Of a DNA stretch of 64,000 bases, positions 27,201 to 39,407 are shown in pieces (position 1 is the first letter of the stretch; each line of letters opens with the position of its first letter). A program made the position numbers and the translations under genes. The DNA comes from Saccostrea cucullata. Lineage: Eukaryota. The DNA lies in the NCBI RefSeq assembly GCF_032062105.1, contig NW_026931035.1, positions 372,001-436,000 on the forward strand. The letters run 5' to 3'. The notes beneath the pieces were generated by a model, which had not been told where the DNA came from, did not search any database, and saw nothing but the letters and a program-made list of their open reading frames with translations.

Positions 27201-30200
27201 TCTTATGTCATGCTGTCTAGTAAAGCACTCCAATATCAATTTATTTTTAGTTTCTTTCTTTTTTTTCTCCATAAAAATATCCCTCCTTAACATTGTTTAG
27301 AATTTTGGACCTGGAATAAGAAGAGGCCCATGGGCCAAATTCATACATGTTAACCTATTGTGATGAAAAATAGGGAGATTCAGACCTCAAAAGCGGTATC
27401 ATTGCGCGCGTGTTGTTTAACGCTTGGATTATCGATATCTTTCATGTAATATACATGTATATTATAAGCCTTAAATGAAATCAGGTACCAACACTAATTA
27501 ATCTTAAATATCAACAGCAAAGAAGAAGACAGAAGCACCTTAAGTTTGACATAAATTGTACAAATTCAAATATTTTTCATGCTCATCATTTTGCTTGGAT
27601 TGGCTGCTTTACTTATCCTTTTGAAGAGTGATCTTTGCTGATATAGCCTAGAAGAAATAATTGTGAATGTTCATTCAGTTTTTAAACAAAACAAATGATG
27701 ACATGGTTTAATCTAGATCTAAAACAAGTTCCTATCTTTCGTTATATAAATCAGATTTCCTGCGATGATCGAAAATGAAAGTAGAGATGTGCCACATGGC
27801 TTGGTCAATCGATTGATTTCTATTGACTTTATTGATAAAGTTCTGAGCTTCTGTGCTTTTAAAGACGATGTCAAATGTTTTCATCTAATTCTTAAAAGCT
27901 GTATCTCCTTTTTCATGGCAGGGATGTTGATTAATTTATCGTAACCAATGTAATCACTGGTAGTCTTGTGTTGTTGTCGTTGTCAAATTCGTGCTTGAAA
28001 TCTATGTACAAAAAAGCGTTTGTATGATTCCGAGTCAAATAACGCGATATCTAGCGAGATTTTATGAGAGTGGCTTCAAAAATGGATACCCAAGCGAACC
28101 AAAAATACTTTAGACGCAGCTTTTGTAGAAAAGCGGTAGATTTCTTAAGTAAATCGGTAGGCGGGAGATGGAGTGAAAAAGCGGTAGACTCCCGCCTAAA
28201 TCGGGAGAGTTAACATGTATGCCAAATTGCTCACCTGAGCACATGGGCTAGGAAAAAGCACAAAACAGTTCAGTATTGAAAAATTTAACGGGAGGGGAAC
28301 TTGATTTATGTACTACTCTTGAATGCCTCCATATAATATAGCATATCACTTTGCTGTTCTTGAAAAGAAGATTTTTCATTTCAATGATTTTTTCATATAT
28401 AATTTTCAAAATTTGTAAAAATTGATCCCCCATTCTGTCCTCAGTCCTCAAGGATTTTCCACTGCACTAGGAAGAGATGAATTTAGGCCCCATTTCAATT
28501 TCAAAATACTGTCCCTCCACCCCCTCCAAAATGAAATGATGTTATGGTCAGAAAGTGGAAAAATCCTGTTACTTCATCATCATGGCTATACTATTTCAAC
28601 ATAGTCAATTCAGAAAGATTAAAGGCTATTATTATTTAAAATTAAAAAAGAAATATGTCATGCAAACAAAAGCAGAGAGTATATGCAATTGAAAACTGTG
28701 AATTGGCATTTAAAAATTTTTTTGATGACTTACACTATATCTTGTCTCCACACACAGACAGACAGACAAATACGGTACAGGAACAATACCTTAAGTTGGT
28801 CACTGGTCCAGTAGACCAATAAGTTAAAAGGTTAAACTGTAAACCTCTTGTCAACTGATAAATTTACTTGTGTGTTGAGATGCAAACATAAGAATCTTGA
28901 AAATTTCCATGCTCTGGCAAAAAAAAAAAACCCTGAATTTGAGTCTATGGGTCTGTGTTTGTAGGTTGGTGGCTGTCAGAACCAGAACATTCAGAACAAG
29001 AAGTGGTGCAGTAGTGGGAGTACGGCGACTGTCAGACTGGAGAATTTGCGCGGCTTCCCAGTCAGTATGGTACAGAAGTACTCGTTCTACATGACGGCGG
29101 TGTCTATCTGTTCAGAGGATGCTAGGATACCACAGGAACAGATAGCCGAGTCAGGTAAACAAGACAGATAAATACGCTAACTTCAAATACAACAGACAGA
29201 AATATTGTAATAAATTACAATGTATGGTGATAGGGACATGTAACCAGATATCAGATATTTTCCTCATTGGTAATATAATCAAACTTCATTATCTCAAACC
29301 TGATGGGGCAAAGAAAAAACTTTAAGATATCTGAGGATTCCACATATCCAGGGTAAAATACTTAAAGAATATGTAGTAGGGACTTCCACATCATTTTGAC
29401 ATATCCATGGTATTCGAAAAATTGAAGTTCCAGATATCGAAGTTCAACTGTACATGTATATAACATGAAATTACAGAAAATAAAATCATTGAAATATTTT
29501 GAAGAACAATGCAATACTCTTTACTTTGTTGTATATTTACAGCATTTGGAGACAGTATGAGTGTAACAGTCATTATCATCATTGCTGTCCTGGGATGTGT
29601 CACCATCTGTACATGTGTTATTGTTATATTTCTGGTGTGGTACGTCAAACGCCGCACAGCTATAGAACGAGAGAGGACTCGCGATTATACACTTCACATA
29701 CCCAGATCAGCATCAGGTTAGTGAGCACACTTCACATACCCAGATAAATATCAGATAAGTGGGCACACTTCACATACCTAGATAAATATCAGATTAATGG
29801 GCACACTTCACATATCCAGATAAATATCAGATTAATGGGCACACTTCACATACCTAGATAAATATCAGATTAGTGGGCACACTTCACATACCTAGATAAA
29901 TATCAGATAAGTGGGCCTACTTCACAAACCTAGTTGAAAATCAGATTAGTTTTCACATTTCACATACCCAGATGTATATCAGATTAGTGGGCACACTTCA
30001 CGTACCCAGATAAATATCAGGTTGGTGGGCATGACATATGATGGGATTCATTTTATATGAATCTGATGTCAACTTCCTATTTATCCGTGTATCTGCCTGT
30101 TACTGAACTTCAGTATATTAACATGATAGTGTATATTCACATTAGAGTGGAGGTATTACCAGTAAACATTCAGGGTTTGACATTAAGGCACGTCCGACCG

Positions 30201-32007
30201 ACTGAGTCTAGTAAAAGATGGGTCCGGTCGGGTGAATTGTCTGTGTACTAGACAGACTGGTCGTGTAAGAAAAAAATGAACTTATATATTTTTTAAACAA
30301 ATCATTGATTGTCAATGAAAAAATAAAATCAAAACGTTTCTAACCGCATAGTACAAAGAAAACCACAAACGTTACAGACAGCATTACTAAAGGGCTATTT
30401 TTAACAACAGTTCATTGTCGGCATTCGTAACTTCTTGGCCATTTTCCTAAAGAGAAACAATGAGCTATTTATCGTTCACGGAAATGCCTGAGTAGTTACG
30501 ATTGTCATTTTTTAAAGATTCGTGTTTACGACAATGGTAAACCATTTAAATAGCAAAAAAACTATGATAATAAAATTATTTTTACTTATACTCAAATTCT
30601 CTGAACATTTTAATGGTATCAATATTAATATTGAATACAATTTGATTAAATTAGGACTAAACACGACAAGCAAGTGACCTAGTTACTGTAAATCACTTTT
30701 TATTTGCGTGAACTTTATTTTCGCATAATTACGCGAGACAATGTGCTCGCGAAAATTTAATTCTCGCGTATAATAGTATTTCTTAAGATTATATAGAGCA
30801 ATAACCACAATTCGTGAAAATTTTGTGTCGCTAATCAATTGTCAATGACTATCTCGCAAAAATAAGGTGTCGCGAAAATTAAGTGATCTACAGTATGATG
30901 TGACATGTGTGCGGGAAAATGTCGTTATTTAAATATGGATTCTCATCATCTGCACAGAAAAAAGAATTGTCACTATTTTGTACTTTAAATATTTTTCTCA
31001 TGTTTTGTCAGGGCTAGTGGTTAAAGGGTCAGGGCTAGTAAAAATTTGCCAGAGTAGCCTGACTGGTCTAGTACTCCAAAAGCTTAATGTCAAACCCTGA
31101 CATTGGCTTTCAGACTTCTTATTTGTCCTAATTAAATTCCAAGTTATCCATTTCCATTCACTGGCAGCCAAACAGGAGGTTTGTATTATAGGTTGTGAAA
31201 AACATCCAAGGAGGTCTGATTAGTTATCTCTGGATTTTTCATCAGAATGCTAAATAAAGAAGTACTTTATGACCTTGTTGAGAATACTGGTATCTCTTAA
31301 TTGCAGTTTTAATATCTCTCAAATTAAAATACTTTATACGACCAGCTATTTATTTTCACTCTTAATTTGATATTTATTGAATTATCAAAACTTATTTGAT
31401 GTTGTATAATAAGAAATTTTCATTTTATTTCATTATTTTAAAATTAAGATCTCAATAAATTGCAGAGCTCATTATATTTTACAGATATGACAGATAACTA
31501 CAATTAAGTTTTACAATGTATTGAAAACAATATTTTAATATTGATCAGATTGTTGGTCTTAGCTTTGTTCTTCATTTAACAAATTTGACTAAAATTTCAA
31601 TTAAATTTTGACTATCTGTGTTACATGTACAAGCATGTATTAAAAACTAAAAAGCCATAGACTAGTTTTTCACTGACTTTTCCCTGTAAATCGGGGGGTA
31701 TTTGTGTGACAGCTCTGGTTTTCATTATCAGTCTTATCATCATTTTCTCCTGGTTTTCCTTTCAGAGAACTATCACCCAGTACAAGCCACGGACAACGGT
31801 TGTCATAGTGACCAAGAAACATTTGGTTTAATGAAGGAGTCGGTGCAGAACGACCGTATCTGGCAGGAACCCAGTGCCCCTCCCCAGGAGGGTGAGGGGG
31901 AGGGACCCCAGGACCAGAGACCCCCCAGTTACTGCAGCACCCCACCAGAATACAGACCGTTTGTCCCAAATAATGAACAGGCCTCCTCAAACCAAGAAAA
32001 GGTTTGA
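24224..32007 (+). CDS. Uncharacterized type I membrane protein (313 aa): signal peptide, Cys-rich CUB-like ectodomain, TM helix, PSAP + 2x PPxY tail; exons 24224-24308, 24851-25101, 28965-29154, 29543-29716, 31766-32007
   Basis: All introns GT-AG with consistent phases (1,0,1,1). MSVKPDSLTPLTVLIISLLPCCFC...; TM VTVIIIIAVLGCVTICTCVIVIFLVWYV followed by KRR; tail EPSAPP..PPSY..PPEY..QEKV*. Confidence 0.85.
27317..28470 (-). mobile_element. HINE-like fragment split by an insertion
   Basis: aagaggcccatgggccaaatt ... gctcacctgag terminus interrupted at 27342. Confidence 0.6.
27342..28221. mobile_element. 880-bp non-autonomous DNA transposon with 13-bp TIR and 7-bp TSD
   Basis: TIR catacatgttaac / gttaacatgtatg; ccaaatt on both flanks. 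Confidence 0.85.
29689..30031 (+). repeat. 38-bp minisatellite (9 copies) derived from an exon/intron junction
   Basis: Unit acacttcacatacccagataaatatcagattagtgggc; first copy overlaps the end of exon 4. Confidence 0.9.
30171..31099. mobile_element. hAT-like MITE, 17-bp TIR, 5-bp TSD, with nested TACTG...CAGTA MITE (~30684-30895)
   Basis: TIR cagggtttgacattaag / cttaatgtcaaaccctg; acatt on both flanks; nested element matches 40752-40938. Confidence 0.85.
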
Positions 32008-34290
32008 GGTCGGAGTGAGGTCAGAGGTCATGACCTCACCTACATTTCATTTAATCGCATTAGAAAATTTAAAATTACACAAATTTATTCTGTTAAGTTT
32101 GACTCCAGAGTTTTCAGAAAGGATTGCTGATTTTATTTTTGAACTAAAAGGAAGAAATATATGTATAAAAACACAGGTGTAGTTAATTTCTAGTTCAATA
32201 ACAGGATATGAATGTAGTTAAGTTAATTGTTTACTTTCTCCTAGTAAGCCATAAACACATTTGTTTGTCAGTTTAAACTGTGCTAATTAAAGGCTACAGT
32301 ATAATAAATCTTGATGAGATTAAGTGAAAATTGTATTTTCATATATTTATATATAATTTTCATAATTGAAGATGTATTCTTCGTGTTGTTGTTAGTGTAT
32401 ATAGATCTGTGAGAATGATATGCTAGAAAAGCATTTCACAATTAATTTTTTTTTTAAGTTGAATAGAACATTGCGCAATGTACTACACAAATTTTAAATG
32501 AATGTCTTTTTGTTCATTTAAAATGTTTGAAGATTGATTGTAGAAGAGTTTTGTTATGATACAAGGCCTATTGTACCAAAGTTTTGTGTTAAAATCAATT
32601 CAGCAGGTTAATTTTTTATTCAGCCTAATATGTGTGTGCTTCAATGTAATTGATGGTCAGTGGAATCTTGTTCATATTAATTGTGCCATATGCGATATCA
32701 CGGAGGCATTGATTATTTAGTTTACTTGAATATTGTATATGTGCTAATTTTTACAGGGTATTTTTCCCATTTTTTTTTTAATTTATCCTTGAATCTCTAG
32801 TTATTGTTTTTGTTCTGTTATATATACATGTAACTTTATTTGACACCTTTTTCATTTAGATTTGAATTTTACAGTAAAAGCAAACATTTTCTTCGGGCAT
32901 TGAGTTTACAATTTTATTTCGAGGATAAGATTTTGATAAAAAAATAAATCTCAAATGAAAACTTAAGTCTGGCATTGACACTCTGAAACCCTATCGACAT
33001 AAAAGTAACAAATTCCTATGTTATTACCTCTTATTTCCCATTAGGATCCTTTACAAAGAGGAATAAATTTCATTTTCTTAAATACTTGCATAAGTGAGCA
33101 TAAATATTGCCATGTTGTCAAAATATAGCACAGATGTAAGAAAAGGATTTAAAAGTTTGAAAATTTCATGAGATAAGTGTACTAAAGATAGACATGTTGC
33201 ATAGCTATCATGATGCACTAACATGCTTCATGAAATATATGTTACCACGAAGCATTGAACTCCATGAATTTCAAATAAATTCTGAAAAGTTGCTGTAAAA
33301 TCTCCCTTTGGTATGAATTTTCATGAAAATTTTACTTCTACAGTATATTACATACTTTAAAAAAACATGCCTGTGTTTTGATATACAATGTGTTTGAATG
33401 GTTGGTTCAGTCCAAGTCATTTTTTATTTAAACTTTTTATTAATATGTTATTGTAGTTTAGTGCATTGATTTAAAGCAGTCATTATTATCTCATGTAACT
33501 AAATTTTTGCGAGCATTTGTATTTTCCACCCATCATGAGGTACATTGACTTTGGTGTGTGGCAAACTGATAAATTGATGAACAAGTATGAGATCAGCTCA
33601 AATTTTTATAGATTAATGGCTCTAAATTTTGGATTTTTCAGACCAGTAGACATGCTGATAGGCTGATGTTGTTGATTAATTAGCTCATCAAAATAAGTAA
33701 TGCTTATTTCTTCACCGTAAATGGAATAATCAGTGAAGTACGTAATACTGAACCACTTATACCTGATTAGAGTGTTCAATCTGCTCAAGTTGTCCAGCAG
33801 GCATTTTGGTCTTTTTTGGATTATTTTAATTTGTTAATGAAATAAAATATTGCATCTGTATAAGATACTAATTTAAATTCAGTGTTTTTCCCCCAGTGAG
33901 CTTTAGAATTTTGCTTGCATAATTTTTAATTTTCTTGCAGATCATGATTTTTTAATTAATTTTAAACAGGAAATACATATTACAAGATTCCAATCACATA
34001 TTTTCAGTTAAACATGATCAGATAATTAGCAATAGTAAAAGTAACAAAGAGTGTCATCAACATCATTGAAGGTTGTGTTTTGATAATTTTATTGTTTATC
34101 ACTTTATATATGTCATTGTCTCTTTGATTGCTAGTCTTCATGTATCATATTTCCCATCCTGTTTTCAGCTAGATTCTAGTCTACAAACAAGCATTAATTA
34201 GTATTCATAAAACACAGGAAGTTAGAAGTATATTGTTTTTTTCTGATCCGTGACCTACTCTCCAAGTCTGTGTATCAGCTGTGAAATATT

Positions 34291-36010
34291 TTTTTAGGTC
34301 ACCTGAGTAAACTCCATCGTGCATTAACATTTGAACATTTTTCAGCTTCTCTGCAACCTCTCAACCAATTTCAACCAATTTTGAAGGGGAACAAAAATTG
34401 TGAATTTCATGGTCCCTGCTCCCCTGGGGCCTGAGGGGTGGGGCCAAAACCACTAAAATTAGTGCAATCTTTTAAAAATCTTCTTCTTTACTCCTGGACA
34501 TAAAGCAGTCAAACTGTTGGCATGATTGTAATAAACATTGATTCCTCTATACAAATGTGAAATTCATGGCCCCAGGGTCAGGGATTCTAGTGCTAGGGTG
34601 ATTATATAGTGAAAATGCATTATTTTTTTGAAAATCTTCTTCTCTGCTCCTGGGCATTAAATAAACTAACCAAGTACATAGTTATGTTGTATAAGGTTGT
34701 CTCTTCCAAATTTGTGAATTTCATGGCCCCTGGGTCAGGGGTTCTGATGTAAGGGCGGGGCTCTATTGATTATATAGTGAAAATGCATACGTATATTCTT
34801 TAAAAATCTTCTCCTCTGTTCTTGGGTATTTAACCAATGAACTATGTACATAGTTATGATGAGGGAGGATGCTTCTTCCCAATTTGTGAATTTCATGGCC
34901 CCTGGGTCAGGGATTCTGGTGTTAGGGCGGGGCTGTATTGGTTATATAGTGATATTCATTAATTCTTTGAAAATCTTCTTCTCTGCCCCTGGGTATTAAA
35001 CAAACAAACAAACTAAGTACATAGTTATAATGAGCGAGAATGCCTCTTCTAAAGTTGTGAATTTCATGGCCCCTGGGTCAGGGGTTCTGGTGTTAGGGCG
35101 GGGCTCTATTGTTAATATAGAGAAAATGCATTACCCGGGTAATTCTTAAAAAATCTTTTTCTCTGCTCCTGGGTATGAAATAAACTAACCAAGTACATTG
35201 TTATGTTGCATAAGGCTGCCTCTTCTAAAATTTTGAATTTCATGGCCCCAGGGTCAGGGTTTCTGGTGTAAAGGCAAGGCTCTATTGATTATATAGTGAA
35301 AATGCATAAATTCTTTAAAAATCTTCTCCTCTGCTCCTGGGTATTAAACTTATAAACTATGTACATAGTTATGTTGAGGAAGGATGCTTCTTCCAAATTT
35401 TTGAATTTTATGGCCCCTGGGTCAGGGGTTCTGGTGTTAGGGTGGGGCTCTAATGGTTATATTGTGAAAATGCATGAATTCTCTGGAAATCTTTTCCTTT
35501 GCTCCTGGGTATAATGCCAATAATCGAAATACATATTTATGATGAATAAAGGTGCCTCTTCCAAAATGGTTAATTTCAGGGCCCCTGGATTAGGTCTACT
35601 GCCGACCGGGGGGAGGGGGGTGTTACATTGTCTGAAAATAAAGTAATACTTTGAAACTTTTGAAATCTGATCTTTGATATTAATCAACCATTTATAATAA
35701 AATGAAATTTTTGATAAAATTTCCAAAATTTTGAAATATATGGCCCAGGGTCAGTGGTTCCTCTGGGTTGGGGTGCACAACTGGTGGTTATAAAGTGGAA
35801 ATGCATTTTCTCTTTGTTTCTCTGATCTACCTGTGGGTATTAAGTAACCAAAGTAAGCATGCCAAGTCTATAGTTATGATAAACAATGGTGCCGCTTTCA
35901 AAATTGTGAATTACAAGGCTTTTGGATTAAAATAGTCGAACCAAATTCAGTTGTTGGAAAGTTGTTACATGTTACTCAGGTGACCTATAAGGCCCGTGGG
36001 CCTCTTGTTT
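34291..36010 (+). mobile_element. HINE-like element with ~172-bp tandem satellite core (Cg170-like)
   Basis: tttttaggtcacctgagt ... actcaggtgacctataaggcccgtgggcctcttgttt ends; gaatttcatggcccctgggtcagg recurs every ~172 bp. Confidence 0.9.
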
Positions 36011-36554
36011 TATTTTATTTATTATCCGTTAAAATCTAAAATTACATCCCACTGGTTTACTTTTGGACTGTTTTAGAAATTGGAATAAAGTACTGAGGGT
36101 TTTGTCTAGAAATGTAGTTTGTTCTTATGTCTAAGTAATTTGCAAAAATATTGTATGTTTACTACACAGGTTTAATATTGATAGCACAGCATTGTAATTA
36201 CGCGTATATGTATTGTAATCATGTAAACATTGTAATAATTAATGGTGGTCATTTAATGAAATTCACACAGCTGTAAATGTTATCCTGAAAGTTTTGTCCA
36301 TCACAAACGTGGCGATCTGTAGTCCATTATATTGACATCATTAGTTGATGTAATCTGGAGGAGATTATCAGTCCTGTTGTATGGTTCTGTGTAAGTCCTA
36401 TTTGTACAATTCAGCTGTACGTGTATGTATTACATTTATATCATCAATTAATTAGTTAGAAACAAATACACTTTATTCTTTTTGAAATACTCTTGTTATT
36501 CTTTATTATACCCCCCACTTGATAAATGAGAGGGTATATAGTGATCAGGATGTT

Positions 36555-37000
36555 ATTCTTTATTATACCCCCTGCTTGAAAAGTGGGAGGGTATATCCGT
36601 CCATTCACAGAAGTCTGAAGTTTTTATCGTCCAAAAAAAAATCCGCAAAAAAAATTTTCCTACCCTCAACTGAGTGGGAAAATCTTTTTCCGGATTTTTG
36701 TTCGGGTTTCCCATAGCAAAACATGAACACTGCAAATATAAACACTGCCATTCTTTCTATAATATTGAAGGGTACCCATCTCTTAACTCACAACTGAACT
36801 GAACTATACCACTGAATAAAATTTAATGATACTTTCACAGATTCTTTATAACATATTGTCATTGTGCACTTCCTATTTTAATTTTTGACCTGACACTTAT
36901 TTCGTGTCTCCCAGAGCAAAACATGGACTTTGCCATTATAATCATAGGGAAAGCAGGGGTATAAATTAGCGAGCTCAGTGCTCACAGTATTTCTAATTAT
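36555..37000 (+). mobile_element. HINE-like element
   Basis: Reverse-oriented relative of 14022-14688; its 5' terminus is locally duplicated at ~36495. Confidence 0.7.
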
Positions 37001-37344
37001 TTGCATTGAATTAGCTAGTATCTTGAGTAGAGCTAGATGCCTTTATTGCAAAATCTTTTTTAAAAAATAATTAATTATTCATACTGGTTTATCTGAAACT
37101 GGAGGCAAAAAAACCCCCCTTTTTCTAATTGAAGTTTTTCATCTGTCTTTGTGGTATGTCTTTATATCTGACTTTTTCTCCAGAACTAGTCTGAAAGCTA
37201 AATTCTTTGAACAGTTATTGACAGGATTTGAGGGCTTTGCTTTCGGCCGAACCCAAGGACCAAACTCACCGAGACTAAAAAGTGACATAAAAATCTCCTT
37301 TTCCACGAAATATGGAGAAAACTAACAAAAATCAAGTTCAGAGT

Positions 37345-37620
37345 TCATTTAAACAATACAAAGAGGGAGCAGGACACAAACACAAACCTCTAAAAACATC
37401 AGATGTGGGATCAGTTGCCATTTAGGAGCAAACATCCCATATCCACCTGTAACACCATTTGTGTGCTCTTTGTCATGATTTGGGTGAACAGGAAAATCCA
37501 CAGAAAATTCAATGAATTAAAAATATCTTAATGATTTGTATAAAAACGTCAGTCAGCATTCCACCTAGTAAAAAATTTCATTCGCTGTGAAGGTCATTGT
37601 ATTGATAATAGTTGTCAATC
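37345..37620 (-). mobile_element. Degenerate 3' end of a non-LTR / Penelope-like retroelement
   Basis: Minus strand resembles the ggtgt...gggatgcttactcct...cacctgatcccacctctg tail common in oyster retroelements (recall). Confidence 0.4.
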
Positions 37621-38969
37621 ATTCTAAATGTCGAGTAAAATACTATGATTGGATTGTTAAAACATGTAAAAAAAAAAATTTTTTTGTTGAAAAAATGCAT
37701 TGTGCACCTCCTATTTTACTTTTTAATTCGAATATTTTGTCATAGCAAAACATGGACATTGCCATTATATGTTTACCTATGACGTCACATAAAATTCCAT
37801 GAATAACATTTGATAGATATTTAGTCCTCTTACACATTACCGTAAAAAATTTAGCAACACATGGACATTTGGGAGGCTCCATTTATTTGCTGTGAAATTA
37901 TTCCAATTGCCATCTATTATATACCAGTTATACATTTGATTAAAAAAAAAAAGGTTTTTTTGTAGAAAATACATAAATGGATTGGGCAGAAGTGATATGC
38001 TTGTCAAGAATACAACTTACATAGTTTAGAAAGATCTGCAATTAAAATTCCATGAATTACAATAGATATTTAGTAACTTCATGCTACTCAGAAAAATTTT
38101 GACTGATTGGCTCCAAAAATTATCCAATTGCCATCTATTATATACCAGTTATACATTTGATTCGAACATATTTTATTATGTAATAAATACATAAATGGAT
38201 TGGGCAGCAGGCATAGATAATATATAAGCCCTCTCCACCATATACCAGTTATACATGTTTGTCTGTTGGTGGAATATTTCAGCTCACTGTATACAGGAAG
38301 TCGTTGTTATTTCAATCCAACGCAGGTGGGAATTCACACGTACAATAATTAATATTGTGTTGTTTTCTTCGTTCTTTAAATGGCACAAACAATGACATAT
38401 CGTATTGTTTTAATTTCAGTGATTGGGTGAAAAACAAACAGTTACATGTATATCACTAAGAACTAACAAGGGAAGTCGCCCTAAATAAAATATCAGAGCT
38501 TAAAACGTCATATCAATACACCTGTTAATTTAATAAGTCGGTGAATGAGCACCAAGCCCATTCTTAATAACCATGCACTTTTAATGGGGGATTCTTGTCT
38601 GGTTTTTGACTAAATGAGAAATAACCAAAGTATGTATGATATAAAATAGCGTTTATATATCATATTTTTGTAGTTCACCTGAGCTGAATTTCTGATCACC
38701 ATGTCCATCAATCTAGCTGTCCGTCCATCTGTAAACTTTTCACATATTAGTATTCAACTTCTTCCCAAGAACCACTGGGCCAGAAAAAACTGAAACTTAT
38801 TTATGAGTTTCCTGAGGTAGTGCAAGTTTTGAATTTTTGAAACTCGTGGCTCCTGGGTGTAGTGTGGAGTCACTACATGAAATTGATCATGATTCCTGAG
38901 ATGATTCTTAGTTTGAGGTATGTATACAGAGACAAACACAAAATTTGAGAAAATATTAATTTTATTCTG

Positions 38970-39368
38970 TCATGATCCACTAGAACATCTGTCTGTGTTT
39001 AACTTCTCCACCCAGTCCTTAATCTGTGATGTTTTAAACTTTCCTGAAAAGAAAAATATAACAACATAAACAAGAGGCCCTCGGGCCTTATAGGTCACCT
39101 GAGTATCATGTAAAAACTTTGAAGCAATTGAATTCGGTTCCTGTTTTAAACCAAAGCCATGAAATTCACAAATTTGAAAAAAAGGCACCATTGCTTATCA
39201 TAATTATACACTAAGCATGCTTACTCTGGTTACTTAATACCCAGAGGTAGATCAGAGAAACAAAGAGAAAATGCATTTACACTTTATAACCACCGGTTGT
39301 GCACCCCACCCCACAGGAACCACTGACCCTGGGATCACATATTTCAAAATTTTGGAAATTTTATCATA

Positions 39369-39407
<39 letters not shown>

